Notes: generated by a model not told the origin, from the letters alone. A stretch of DNA of 64,000 bases from an uncultured virus (IMG/VR IMGVR_UViG_3300025133_000035) (IMGVR_UViG_3300025133_000035); one strand, 5' to 3'; shown: positions 31,216 through 41,274, counted from the first letter of the stretch. A program made the numbers and translations.

Positions 31216-31596
31216 ATGGCATTCCGCAGAAACAATAGAAATTACAACCACAAGCGCCGCCCCCACAAGCCTCGCAGAAGAGAGCGAGAGGTTTGCCCGG
31301 GTCCGCGCAGACAATCAAATGTCACGGTTGTTGCACGAAAGGGCGAAGCACCCGAGAAGCTGATTAAGCGTTTCACCCGCAAGTGTAAGAAAGAGCGGAT
31401 CATTGAACAGGTCCGCGAAAATAGATATTTTGAAAAGCCCTCCGACAAGAAGCGCAGAAAGTTCGCCGAGAACCGCCGCGAGGAAGAGAGGCTCCGCAAG
31501 AAGATCGCACGAAAAAAAGCAGCACACCTCAAGCGCCAAAACAAAATACGTCGCATGAGAGCCAAGGGAGGCGGCACTAATGGCTCCACCCGATGA
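31216..31596 (+). CDS. rpsU: Ribosomal protein bS21 homologue
   Basis: VTVVARKGEAPEKLIKRFTRKCKKERIIEQVRENRYFEKPSDKKRRK matches the bS21 pattern (V.V...E..E..L+RF++......I....+.+..+EKPS..+++K). Confidence 0.8.
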   Translation: MAFRRNNRNYNHKRRPHKPRRREREVCPGPRRQSNVTVVARKGEAPEKLIKRFTRKCKKERIIEQVRENRYFEKPSDKKRRKFAENRREEERLRKKIARKKAAHLKRQNKIRRMRAKGGGTNGSTR

Positions 31597-34500
31597 TTAT
31601 GGATGGGCATATATAGATCCACAGAGAGCGTCTGCTTCCGCAGATGGTCCCTCTGGCTCATTACAATTCCGGTACGGCAGCGAAGACCTGTCGCCCGGGC
31701 AGTTCAGCGGTTCTGAAGACTTAGTATTCTACGCGGCAGCAGCTTCACACAAAGCCGACGCAGACACTTCAGGCAGTGCCCTCTATCTTTACGGCAACCT
31801 ATACGTTACCGGCGCAGTCCACGCGAATACATACGAGATTCGTCAGGTAACCACCACCGAGATTGATGTCTCCGGAAGCACGATCTTCGGAGATTCCAAC
31901 GATGACACACACCAGCGCACAGGTTCTTTCGAAATAAGCGGCTGGACTATCCTTGCTTCTAATCTTGACGTTAGCGGGACAGTTGGTCCGCTCACAAGCT
32001 CTGGCGAGATTCATGCAGCTAAGCTTGTAGCGAACGCCATGGCGCTTTCGGGCACCCTTAGTTCTGTTGGGCGTCTCGACGGCAGCCTCGATGAGATCCA
32101 TCCAGCCGGCACGTTTACGCTGTCTGGTTCTTCTCATGCAGTTCAGATTGCCGGCGGCATGTCGGCTTCCCACGACGTGAAGGTCGAACACCTTTATACA
32201 AATGATCTTTATGTCTCCGGCACCACACATGGTGTGAGCATTAACTTGGGAGATGACGAGGAAGCTACTTGGGGCGACAGCAACGATTTAACTATTGTGC
32301 ATACCGGTGGCAACACCAGCATGACAAACGATACCGGTCACTTTATTATTAACAGCAACTCCAGTAATGGAAAGCTGATTCTTAAGACCGGAACAAACAA
32401 TGCATCTACTCAAGTTGTTGTGGACAACAACGCCGGCAGTACCATTTTTGCCGCAACAGGCGGCGGCAATGTGGCGTATGGGCTAGCCAACACAGATCAC
32501 AATATCACAGGAACGCTTGTTGTAAGCGGCTTGGAACATCAGATCACGGGTACGCTTGAGATAAGCGACAAGGTAAACATCTCAGGGCAGACAAGAGTTC
32601 TTGATATGATTTCTGGCTCTGGTGCTTTAGAAATCTACGGCTCAGCCAGCTTCGGCTCACCGGTGGACTTCTCTGGAGACCTTACTTTTAATGTCGCCGA
32701 CGTCGACGGCAGAGTGGACTTCATGATCGAAGACGGCTCTGGTCCCGAGTCGGCACTACAGCTTCGCAAGAACGGTCGAGTAACAAAAATCGGACACGAC
32801 ACCCCTTCTAACGGGCAAGTCCTTACATGGGATGGCACCTCGGGCTGGGTCGAGTGGGGCGATGGCGTCATCGGGATCTCTGGTTCAGATGTACACTATT
32901 CTAGAACAGAGCTTAGAACATCTGGCGACCTCAATGTTTCAGGATCTTCAATGCTAGCCGGCGATATTACAACCACCGGTAGCATATATGTAGAAAATGA
33001 TATCATACACTATGGTGATGTTAACACAAAGATCACCTTTGACCAAACCAATATGGTCCGCATCTTTACTGACGGCTATTTGATGATGGAAGCCAGTTCT
33101 TCCGGTATCGGAGAGACCGCTCATATCGACTTTAATCAGTTGGCTTACGATGTCGACTTCCGGGTCTACGCCACCAATCCCGACGATTGGAACAAGCGAG
33201 CCTTTTTCGTCGATGGCGCCAATGGATCTGTTGTTATGGGCAACTCGATTTCCCGTGCAACCACCACATTTTACAACACGATCACCGGCGCAGTCGGACC
33301 AGATGATCAGGGCGGCGGAGACATTCACGCTAACGAGGTTATTGTTAATGATCTTAGCATCTCTGGTTCTCTGTGGGTTCCGGAGGATGATCTCCGCGGA
33401 CTTACGATCCGGCGTAAGTTGACTGGCGACAACAATCCAGTTGTTCTTACGTTAGCAACTAGTGAAACACAAATCTCAAACTCAGATGCTATTGGTAAAA
33501 TAGCATTTCAAGCTCCCGACGAATCGTCTGGCGGAGATGCTAAGCTGGTGTGTGCCGCCATCGAAGCCAAGGCTGGTGCCGTATTTGGAGCGAGTCAAAA
33601 CCCGACTTCCCTCCTATTTATGACGTCCAAGACCGGCGCCCCCACGACTCATTTGGAGTTGGACGCCGATGGCATTCTAAGTGGCAGCAACTGGGAAGTC
33701 AACCCAGCCGGTACCGGTTCATATTCACAACTTCATGTCTGGAGCCGGATCCTGTGTGGCAGCGACACAGGCGATGACACCTTTATTGAAATGAAGCCCG
33801 GGCATGTGTCGCTTCATGCCAACACAATCGGTCAGCCGCAGGTCACTATCAGCACTGCAGGCGTTGTCATTAACGACGCTTCGAACGGTACCTGCGATTT
33901 CCGTGTTGAGAGCAACAGCTACGACGATATGCTTTTTGTTGATGCTGGCAACAACAGGGTGGGGATCATGACCGGCACGCCGTCAGCAGACCTCCATGTC
34001 GTTCAAAACGGAACAAGCGCTACCACCTCCGGTCTGCGTCTCGTTAGGTCTGGATCACCAACCAATTACTGGAATATACTTCAAGCCTCCGGAGGTAGTC
34101 TTATGTTTGCCTATGAGGGCAGCCAAAGGGGATATCTGAGCACCGCGGTCGATGTTGCCAATATAACTTTTACAGGACAACACATAGCAGAGAGTAGTGA
34201 CAGCTTAAAAACAGACGAAAACATAGGTCTTATTGTTAGCTCAACAGGGGTTTTGAAAAATCTAAATGCTGAGTCGATTGCAACAATAAATGAGTCTTTG
34301 CCGATTGTGAATCTTTCAAATATTATCAATGACAAAAAAGTTTTTGGTGTAATATCTAGAATAGAAGACTCCGGAACGGATGAACGCACTCATTCCGCCG
34401 GCAATTTTGTTAGTTCATACGAAAAACTTGACAACAGGCTTATTGTCAACTCTATCGGCGAAGGCGCCGTTTGGGTAATCGACAAAGACGGTCCATTAGA

Positions 34501-34705
34501 AAACGGAGACTACATTACAACGTGTACTGTTCCCGGCTATGGAGTACCACAGGCAGATGATTTGTTGCACAACTATACTGTTGCCAAGATTACTCAAGAC
34601 TGCAGCTTTGATCTGTCCTCAACCGGATATACTTGTGAAGAGATCACCATCGACGGAGTTACATATCTTCGTGCCCTTGTTGCTTGCACCTATCACTGCG
34701 GTTAG
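31580..34705 (+). CDS. Fibre/spike-like virion protein with putative C-terminal intramolecular-chaperone domain
   Basis: 1041 aa of beta-repeat-like sequence; C-terminal FTGQH...VNSIGEGAVWV...LENGDYITT...TVAKIT...CTYHCG resembles peptidase_G2/IMC-type domains. Confidence 0.6.
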   Translation: MAPPDDYGWAYIDPQRASASADGPSGSLQFRYGSEDLSPGQFSGSEDLVFYAAAASHKADADTSGSALYLYGNLYVTGAVHANTYEIRQVTTTEIDVSGSTIFGDSNDDTHQRTGSFEISGWTILASNLDVSGTVGPLTSSGEIHAAKLVANAMALSGTLSSVGRLDGSLDEIHPAGTFTLSGSSHAVQIAGGMSASHDVKVEHLYTNDLYVSGTTHGVSINLGDDEEATWGDSNDLTIVHTGGNTSMTNDTGHFIINSNSSNGKLILKTGTNNASTQVVVDNNAGSTIFAATGGGNVAYGLANTDHNITGTLVVSGLEHQITGTLEISDKVNISGQTRVLDMISGSGALEIYGSASFGSPVDFSGDLTFNVADVDGRVDFMIEDGSGPESALQLRKNGRVTKIGHDTPSNGQVLTWDGTSGWVEWGDGVIGISGSDVHYSRTELRTSGDLNVSGSSMLAGDITTTGSIYVENDIIHYGDVNTKITFDQTNMVRIFTDGYLMMEASSSGIGETAHIDFNQLAYDVDFRVYATNPDDWNKRAFFVDGANGSVVMGNSISRATTTFYNTITGAVGPDDQGGGDIHANEVIVNDLSISGSLWVPEDDLRGLTIRRKLTGDNNPVVLTLATSETQISNSDAIGKIAFQAPDESSGGDAKLVCAAIEAKAGAVFGASQNPTSLLFMTSKTGAPTTHLELDADGILSGSNWEVNPAGTGSYSQLHVWSRILCGSDTGDDTFIEMKPGHVSLHANTIGQPQVTISTAGVVINDASNGTCDFRVESNSYDDMLFVDAGNNRVGIMTGTPSADLHVVQNGTSATTSGLRLVRSGSPTNYWNILQASGGSLMFAYEGSQRGYLSTAVDVANITFTGQHIAESSDSLKTDENIGLIVSSTGVLKNLNAESIATINESLPIVNLSNIINDKKVFGVISRIEDSGTDERTHSAGNFVSSYEKLDNRLIVNSIGEGAVWVIDKDGPLENGDYITTCTVPGYGVPQADDLLHNYTVAKITQDCSFDLSSTGYTCEEITIDGVTYLRALVACTYHCG

Positions 34706-34749
34706 GCTCTTTACATGAAAACAGAAAATTGGCACTTTGCTATTGAGCG

Positions 34750-34760
34750 AACTACTTATT
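34750..34760 (+). promoter_or_regulatory. Putative late promoter variant AACTACTTATT
   Basis: Intergenic, upstream of the scaffold-capsid genes. Confidence 0.45.
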
Positions 34761-34806
34761 ACTGGAAAACCGTATATATTTTCTATTCTAATTGCGAGGA
34801 TTATTA

Positions 34807-35838
34807 ATGTCTAATATGCTGGAACAGGCAATCGTTGATGCAGCGGCTCTAAAAGAAGCTGCTCTTAAGAACGCCGAGACCCAAATTCTGGAGAAATATG
34901 CTCCGGAAATCAAGAACGCTGTTGATCAGCTTTTGAACGAGGCTCCCGAAGATGAGGAGCTTGGACTTATGCCCGAAGAGCCGGGAGTCGAAAACCCCGA
35001 AGAGGCTCCAGAAGAAGAACTGACAGACCTTGACGCTTCCCCTTCCTATGCAGAAGGCGAGAAGCTTTGTCCGTGTCCCGATGAAGAAGAGAAGATTGAG
35101 TTAGACTTAGACCAACTAGCCGCAGCCGTCGCTGCCGAAGAAGAAGCTGGTGGCTTAGGTGGCGCCGCCCAAGAGCCCCGCGAAGATGCGATGATGGCTT
35201 TGGAAGAAGGCGAAGAAGAAGAAGAAATCGATTTAACTGAGGAGCAGTTGGCAGCGATTCTACAAGAATTGTCGGAAGACGTTAAAGTAGACATTAAGCC
35301 CGTTCCCAACGGTCACCCCGGCGATGCCACGGGTGCCGAGATTGAAGAAGCTGAGCAACAGGCTCTTGCGCGTGAGGTAGACACTACCACCGCCGAGGAA
35401 AACAAAGAACTGCGCAAAGCAAAGAAAGATTTAGAAGAGCGAGTCACGGCATTAACCGCCGATAAGGACAAGCTCACCGAAGAATATAAACAATTGAAGA
35501 GTATTACATTAAAGATGAAGGATAACTTGCAAGAATCCAACCTCTCTAATGCTAAACTCGTCTACACCAATCGTGTATTGAATAGTGCCTCCTTGAATGA
35601 GCGACAAAAAAGTAAAATTGTCGAAGCACTGTCTAAGACCCGAACTGTCGAAGAAGTGAAGGTCATCTACGAAACCCTTCAAAGCTCCGTGGGAACCACC
35701 TCCAACAAGAGGTCTCCAGAATCACTGAGTGAAGCCATTAGTAGAAAGTCCACATCACTACCAAGACGCAAAAACAAGAACCCGGTCGGTTCTGAACATG
35801 CCGTAAATCGCATGCAAAGACTAGCTGGGATCAAATAA
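34807..35838 (+). CDS. Prohead scaffold/core protein (T4 gp22-like position)
   Basis: Acidic coiled coil directly upstream of the MCP; many LxE motifs; ends RMQRLAGIK; GAGGA SD before ATG 34807. Confidence 0.7.
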   Translation: MSNMLEQAIVDAAALKEAALKNAETQILEKYAPEIKNAVDQLLNEAPEDEELGLMPEEPGVENPEEAPEEELTDLDASPSYAEGEKLCPCPDEEEKIELDLDQLAAAVAAEEEAGGLGGAAQEPREDAMMALEEGEEEEEIDLTEEQLAAILQELSEDVKVDIKPVPNGHPGDATGAEIEEAEQQALAREVDTTTAEENKELRKAKKDLEERVTALTADKDKLTEEYKQLKSITLKMKDNLQESNLSNAKLVYTNRVLNSASLNERQKSKIVEALSKTRTVEEVKVIYETLQSSVGTTSNKRSPESLSEAISRKSTSLPRRKNKNPVGSEHAVNRMQRLAGIK

Positions 35839-35863
35839 GACAAAACAAGGAGTATTATTTACA

Positions 35864-37585
35864 ATGTCTATTATTAACAAATTGACTGAAGGAATCGTTA
35901 CTCGCGACGTATCGAAGGAAGGCGCAGCCTTGCTCGATAAGTGGGAACGTACTGGACTCTTGGAAGGCATCGATGGCTCGCGTAAGCGTGACACGATGGC
36001 TCGCCTACTTGAGAACCAAGCCAAAGAGCTACTTCGAGAAGCATCCACCATGGCGGGTGGAGACGTTGAAGGATTTGCAGCAGTTGCATTCCCCATCGTT
36101 CGCCGAGTATTCGGCTCCCTCATTGCTAACGATTTAGTTAGCGTTCAGCCCATGAGCTTACCCTCTGGACTGATTTTCTTCATGGACTTCACACATTCAG
36201 CGGCTAAGCTTAATGCTAGTGCTGATGAGTCGCTTTACGGCGGCGGTGTTGTCGGTCAAGAGATCACTGGCGGTGTTACCATCGATGATGGTACCTCTGG
36301 TGCTCAAATCGAACGAGGCGAGAAGTCATTCTACAACCTCAACAATGGTTCAAGTTCTCCAACCGGTTCAGTAAGCGTTTCCTCTGGCGACGTGGATGAC
36401 TCAGGCGAGGCTGTATTCGCGGTCGGCGCCGCTGCAGGCACCGATAAGTATCTTCGTTGGGATCCCGATCTTGCCAGCGGCACCTATGCTCAGGTCTTGC
36501 ACCTTACCCTTACTGACGCTCAGCGTCAAGTTATGGGTCTTGATGGAAGCAACCAGAACCCTGTGGCAATCAGCGGTACTTTGACAACCACTAATGGTGT
36601 TTCTCAGGTTCGTCGTTTGACTAAGGCTTCGGGTTCAATCCTTGAGCTTGTGTTCCACGGCACTGCTTCTTTCACCTCCCTAGCAGGTCAGAATGTGACG
36701 CTCGTTCACCCCTTGGTGGATGACTTCACTGGTACTGCTGCCGCTGGAGCAAATCAGGCTCTCGGCGCTGTCGTTGGTACTGATGATTGGGGATTGGAAG
36801 CAAACGAGGGCATTGCCGAGATCGACATCAAGGTCGATTCCGTAAGTGTCACCGCTGTAACCAAGAAGCTCAAGGCTAAGTGGACGCCAGAGTTGGGACA
36901 GGATCTTAATGCCTATCACAACCTTGACGCCGAAGTCGAGCTTACCTCCATTCTCTCTGAGCAGATTGCTCTTGAGATTGACCGTGAGATCGTAGAAGAT
37001 CTCGTTAAGGGCGCAACTGCCGGTACTTATTACTGGTCTCGCTCCCCCGGTCTGTTCGTGAAACGCACTACTGGTGCAGAAATTGGTGCGGCTACTAAGG
37101 CGCCCGACTTCACCGGTACCGTCAGCGAATGGTATGAGACATTGATCGAGACAATCAATGATATTTCAGCCCAAATCCACCGCAAGACTCTGCGTGGTGG
37201 CGCTAACTTCATCGTCGTTGGACCTGAAGTTGCCAACATCCTAGAGTTCACCAGTGGGTTCCGAGCCAAGGTTTCCCATGAGGATTCCAAGGGTACAGTC
37301 GGTGCTATCCAGACAGGAAGCATTTCCAAGAAGTGGGACGTCTTTGTTGACCCATACTTCCCACGGAATGTGGTACTGGTTGGTCGCAAGGGCGGAAGCT
37401 TCTTAGAGAGCGGTTATGTATACGCTCCTTATGTGCCACTGCAAGTCACTCCCACCATCTTTGGTGTCGAGGACTTCGTGCCACGCAAGGGTGTCATGAC
37501 ACGCTACGCTAAGAAGATGGTGCGTCCTGATATGTACGGTCTCGTTATCGTTCGTGGTCTCCTAGGAGAGCCCGGCGGAAGCTGA
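35864..37585 (+). CDS. Major capsid protein (T4 gp23-like)
   Basis: LLENQ, VSVQPMSLPSGLIF, KKLKAKWTPELGQDLNAYHNLDAEVELTSILSEQIALEIDREI, YAPYVPL, GVMTRYA. Confidence 0.95.
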   Translation: MSIINKLTEGIVTRDVSKEGAALLDKWERTGLLEGIDGSRKRDTMARLLENQAKELLREASTMAGGDVEGFAAVAFPIVRRVFGSLIANDLVSVQPMSLPSGLIFFMDFTHSAAKLNASADESLYGGGVVGQEITGGVTIDDGTSGAQIERGEKSFYNLNNGSSSPTGSVSVSSGDVDDSGEAVFAVGAAAGTDKYLRWDPDLASGTYAQVLHLTLTDAQRQVMGLDGSNQNPVAISGTLTTTNGVSQVRRLTKASGSILELVFHGTASFTSLAGQNVTLVHPLVDDFTGTAAAGANQALGAVVGTDDWGLEANEGIAEIDIKVDSVSVTAVTKKLKAKWTPELGQDLNAYHNLDAEVELTSILSEQIALEIDREIVEDLVKGATAGTYYWSRSPGLFVKRTTGAEIGAATKAPDFTGTVSEWYETLIETINDISAQIHRKTLRGGANFIVVGPEVANILEFTSGFRAKVSHEDSKGTVGAIQTGSISKKWDVFVDPYFPRNVVLVGRKGGSFLESGYVYAPYVPLQVTPTIFGVEDFVPRKGVMTRYAKKMVRPDMYGLVIVRGLLGEPGGS

Positions 37586-37606
37586 TAGCTAAACCTCCAA
37601 AGTAAT

Positions 37607-37642
37607 AAAGCCCCCACCTCTTTCACGGAGGTGGGGGTTTTT
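37607..37642 (+). terminator. Rho-independent terminator after MCP
   Basis: CCCCCACCTC-tttcacg-GAGGTGGGGG followed by TTTTT. Confidence 0.85.
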
Positions 37643-37652
37643 GCTTGTGGTA

Positions 37653-37662
37653 AACTATTTAT
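37653..37662 (+). promoter_or_regulatory. Putative late promoter AACTATTTAT
   Basis: Directly after the MCP terminator and before the neck gene, where transcription must restart. Confidence 0.65.
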
Positions 37663-37683
37663 GAATAGCGGAGGATATAATGA

Positions 37684-38973
37684 ATGAGCTATCCCAATTT
37701 AACACCGAAGAGCACTTCAAATAAAGTAATATTAACGTCTACCGGTTCTTCCGGAGATGTAATCTCAACGCTACCATATGGAATTTATTCAGAATCAACT
37801 GATTTTATTTCAGGTGCTGTTGATCAGGTTGCTTACACTTACAAGAAACTCGGTGGCGATGTGTTGGACATCGAACTGACAACGGGGAACATCTACGCTT
37901 CATATGAAGAAGCAGTATTAGAATATTCCTACATAATCAACTCCCATCAGGCGAAGAATACTCTTTCTGATTATCTTGGCTCCATGACGGGTACGTTCGA
38001 TCACGACGGCGAGCTTAAAGCAGGAGAACTTTCTTCTAGTTTGAGCGGCGCCGGCGGTATTTCATTGAAATACCCACGATTCGAGTTCGCATATGCTCGC
38101 CGTGTTGCTGATGGTATGGCACAGGATGCCGGCGTTGGTGGTTCTGCGAACGAATACTCATGCTCTTTCCGCACAGTTTCAAACCAACAAGACTACGACT
38201 TGGATCAGGTTATTCAAGAAGCCTCTGATACAGGACTCGGCGCCAACGGAGAAGTTGTCGACTTTGCCGGTCTTGTGGGCAGCAAAAAACTGCTAATCAA
38301 GAAGGTCTTTTATAGAACTCCGCATGCTATGTGGCGCTTTTATGGCTATTACGGTGGTCTGAATACGGTGGGCAACTTGTCAAACTACGGGCAGTACTCT
38401 GATGACTCTACATTCGAGGTCATTCCAGCATGGCAGAACAAAGCGCAGTCTATGGCATTCGAGGACTCTATCTATACCAGAAACTCTCATTATTCGTATG
38501 AGCTTAAGAACAATAAGCTTCGTATTTTTCCAAAACCTGTCAGTTCAAGTCCCAAATACTTTTGGGTTCAGTTTAACATCCCGACAGAGCCATGGGAAAC
38601 AAGCGGCTCAGCAGATATTGGAATTGATGGAGTTAACAACCTTAATAATGTACCTTTCCAGAACATTCCTTACAATAGCATTAACTCTATTGGCAAGCAG
38701 TGGATCCGAAGGTTCTCGTTGGCATTGTCCAAAGAGGTTTTGGGTCAGGTACGAGGCAAATTTGCGACCATTCCCATTCCGGGTGAAGCTGTTACTCTGA
38801 ACGGAGACGCTTTGCTGACACAGGGTAAGGAAGAGCAGGAGGCTCTGAGGACAGAGCTTAAAGAATTGCTCGATGAGTTGACATACAACAAGTTGATGGA
38901 AGGTGACGCCCAGAAGGTTGAGCAGGTTAATAATATTCAGAAGAAGATCCCATTATCGATCTTTGTGTTTTAG
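37684..38973 (+). CDS. Neck/head-tail adaptor protein (T4 gp13-like)
   Basis: Position after MCP; KLGGDVLDIEL, WIRRFSLALSKEVLGQVRGKF, VTLNGDALL. Confidence 0.7.
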   Translation: MSYPNLTPKSTSNKVILTSTGSSGDVISTLPYGIYSESTDFISGAVDQVAYTYKKLGGDVLDIELTTGNIYASYEEAVLEYSYIINSHQAKNTLSDYLGSMTGTFDHDGELKAGELSSSLSGAGGISLKYPRFEFAYARRVADGMAQDAGVGGSANEYSCSFRTVSNQQDYDLDQVIQEASDTGLGANGEVVDFAGLVGSKKLLIKKVFYRTPHAMWRFYGYYGGLNTVGNLSNYGQYSDDSTFEVIPAWQNKAQSMAFEDSIYTRNSHYSYELKNNKLRIFPKPVSSSPKYFWVQFNIPTEPWETSGSADIGIDGVNNLNNVPFQNIPYNSINSIGKQWIRRFSLALSKEVLGQVRGKFATIPIPGEAVTLNGDALLTQGKEEQEALRTELKELLDELTYNKLMEGDAQKVEQVNNIQKKIPLSIFVF

Positions 38974-38982
38974 GGGTGATAT

Positions 38983-39480
38983 ATGTCGGATCCTAAAGAC
39001 AAGTGGAAACAACCAGAAAATCCCCCCAGCCCCCTATTCACTGGGCAGAAGGAACGGGATCTGGTTAAGCAGGTTAATGATGAGCTTATCGAACGCGTCA
39101 TTGGTCAGCAGCTTTTATATTTTCCGCTGGACATAGAGCACACGAATTATCATGATCTATATGGCGAGGCAATGAATAAAACATTCCTGCCTCCGGTTGT
39201 AATCAGCGCGCTGATCGAGTGGGAAGGGCTGGAAACTACTTATACCGAATCGATGGGTATCGACAAAGTTACCACGATGACTGTGCATTTTCACAAGAGG
39301 AGATTGACCGAAGATCAAGATCTGTACGTGCGTGAAGGAGATATGGTCAAATATGGGTCGCAATTTTATCAGTTAGTTAAAATATCCGAGCCCAAACAAT
39401 TGTTCGGACAGGTAGAAAATATGATAGAAATTAGTGCAAAATGTGTAAAGGTGAGGAGAGACGTGTTCGATGGCGAATGA
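38983..39480 (+). CDS. Neck/head-closure protein (T4 gp14-like)
   Basis: GQQLLYFP, DLYGEA, REGD motifs and gene order. Confidence 0.65.
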   Translation: MSDPKDKWKQPENPPSPLFTGQKERDLVKQVNDELIERVIGQQLLYFPLDIEHTNYHDLYGEAMNKTFLPPVVISALIEWEGLETTYTESMGIDKVTTMTVHFHKRRLTEDQDLYVREGDMVKYGSQFYQLVKISEPKQLFGQVENMIEISAKCVKVRRDVFDGE

Positions 39481-40732
39481 AAATAATCATCATGCTGACT
39501 CTTTCGCTTTGGCTCTCGGAGCAGAGATGCGCGATATTACGTTCCAGCCTTCCACAATTGAGACCATTGACCGCGCCGTTTATCGATATTTTGAGGAAGA
39601 ATGCAATATACACACAGATTCCAGCAAGGGCTGGCGCAAGGTACCTGTAATCTGGGTTGGCGCCGAGCGTGCATACCAAGTTAAACACAGTAAGGAAACG
39701 CGTGATTCGGGCGGCATGCTGATCTTGCCAATGATCGCCATCGAGCGTACCGGGATTACAAAGGATCCTGCGCGCAGAGGAACAATGCCGGCAAACATTA
39801 TTGAGAAGTCAAGGGAAGATATACAAGATGGCGTGATCACGATCGCTCGCCGTATTAAGCAAGACAAAACATCATATCACCGGAACGCAGCCCAATCGCG
39901 TTCATGGTCGGGTGATGAATATTCTGGTGATGGTAACAAGCCCTCAATGTCAAGCCGGTTCAAGGCAACTCGCCAAGACGGTCAGGTCGTGTATGAGACA
40001 ATCACTATGCCAATGCCCAGCCGGGTGTTGATGGAGTATAAGGTATCAATTCAAACAGATTTTCAACAGCAAATGAATGAAATTATTCAGGCTGTACACG
40101 GCAAACTAAGAAACCAGAAGAGCTTTTTCGTCACCCACGAAGAGCACAGATTCGAAGCCTTCGTGGAGGATTTCGCCTTCAACAACAACTTGGCGACACT
40201 CGAAGAAGAAGATCGTGTCTTGAGAACAGAGATTAGTATTAAACTTGAAGGGTACTTGATCGGCGGCGGGGTTAACGATCCCAAGCCCAAGATTTCAAAG
40301 CGCGAGAATGCGGTGGCAATTGCCATGCCCCGAGAGAGCATAGTGGTAGATGGCATCCCGATGCCCGAACAGTTTATAAGATTTTCTAGCAATGCAGCCC
40401 TCCGCGGCGTTCGAAAGATTCTTGAAACATCCGCGGCACGGGGCAGAGTGAAGATCTCGACAGACGGTGGTGGCGGCGTCGACGGAAGTGAGGTAATCTT
40501 ACACACAGACTACATAACACAGGAGACCGTGACTGGAGATCTCGATGGTGATAACACAACCTTTTCTTTGGGATCCTCTCCTCGTAGCGGCACTGTCACT
40601 TTGATCTTGAACGGTCTGGTTCTCGCCGAGGGCGCCGATAATGATTATACAATTTCTGGAGATACTATTACAATGGCTGACGCGCCAATCTCGATTGACC
40701 GATTGGTTGCTAGCTATGTTAAAACGTCATAA
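39470..40732 (+). CDS. Tail terminator/sheath stabiliser (T4 gp15-like) with C-terminal beta-sandwich domain
   Basis: KVPVIW, LPMIAIERTGITKDPAR, QMNEIIQ; C-terminal LNG...DYTISG domain. Confidence 0.6.
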   Translation: MANENNHHADSFALALGAEMRDITFQPSTIETIDRAVYRYFEEECNIHTDSSKGWRKVPVIWVGAERAYQVKHSKETRDSGGMLILPMIAIERTGITKDPARRGTMPANIIEKSREDIQDGVITIARRIKQDKTSYHRNAAQSRSWSGDEYSGDGNKPSMSSRFKATRQDGQVVYETITMPMPSRVLMEYKVSIQTDFQQQMNEIIQAVHGKLRNQKSFFVTHEEHRFEAFVEDFAFNNNLATLEEEDRVLRTEISIKLEGYLIGGGVNDPKPKISKRENAVAIAMPRESIVVDGIPMPEQFIRFSSNAALRGVRKILETSAARGRVKISTDGGGGVDGSEVILHTDYITQETVTGDLDGDNTTFSLGSSPRSGTVTLILNGLVLAEGADNDYTISGDTITMADAPISIDRLVASYVKTS

Positions 40733-40750
40733 ACAAAAACAAGGAGTAGA

Positions 40751-41149
40751 ATGATGTGGAAAAGACAATGGAATAAACTGAAGACTGCCATGAGCACGCC
40801 TGAAGATTATATTGCGGACGAGGAAGAAGAGCTTCAGCCAGAACCTGAAGAAAAAAAATATTGCAATGATAAGGTGATCAACATCTCAGATGAAGACTTG
40901 GGACCAATCAATCAAACAATTGAACAACTCCGACAGCTTAAGATGCTTGCCGGCGAGATTCTGATGAGACAGGAGCAAGAGCGTACGCAAGTGCTCCAGC
41001 ATAATTCTCAATTAAATGCAAAAATGCAAGAGCAAATCGACGAACTGCGTACTACTTACGATGTCGAACCTACCGTTGATTATGCTTTAAATCTGCCATC
41101 GCAAGAGGGTGAAGTGGCCACTTTTGTGCGCCACGATAAGGAGGGCTAA
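40751..41149 (+). CDS. Hypothetical coiled-coil protein
   Basis: 132 aa; AAGGAG SD. Confidence 0.6.
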   Translation: MMWKRQWNKLKTAMSTPEDYIADEEEELQPEPEEKKYCNDKVINISDEDLGPINQTIEQLRQLKMLAGEILMRQEQERTQVLQHNSQLNAKMQEQIDELRTTYDVEPTVDYALNLPSQEGEVATFVRHDKEG

Positions 41150-41160
41150 CCCCTCTTTTA
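41141..41160 (+). terminator. Short putative terminator
   Basis: GAGGG-ctaac-CCCTC-TTTT overlapping the stop codon. Confidence 0.45.
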
Positions 41161-41274
41161 CAGATTTACCCAACGTGATCAGTTTTTATTGCAGACTCTA
41201 ATGGTGGTTTGACGCCATAGTGGATACATGTATCTATTATGGTGCTTTTTCTTACTTATAGGAGGTAATAATAA

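Noticed and set aside
24006..37585. Introns or inteins in terminase, portal or capsid genes
   Set aside because: The ORFs are continuous, of plausible length, and show no intein or homing-endonuclease motifs.
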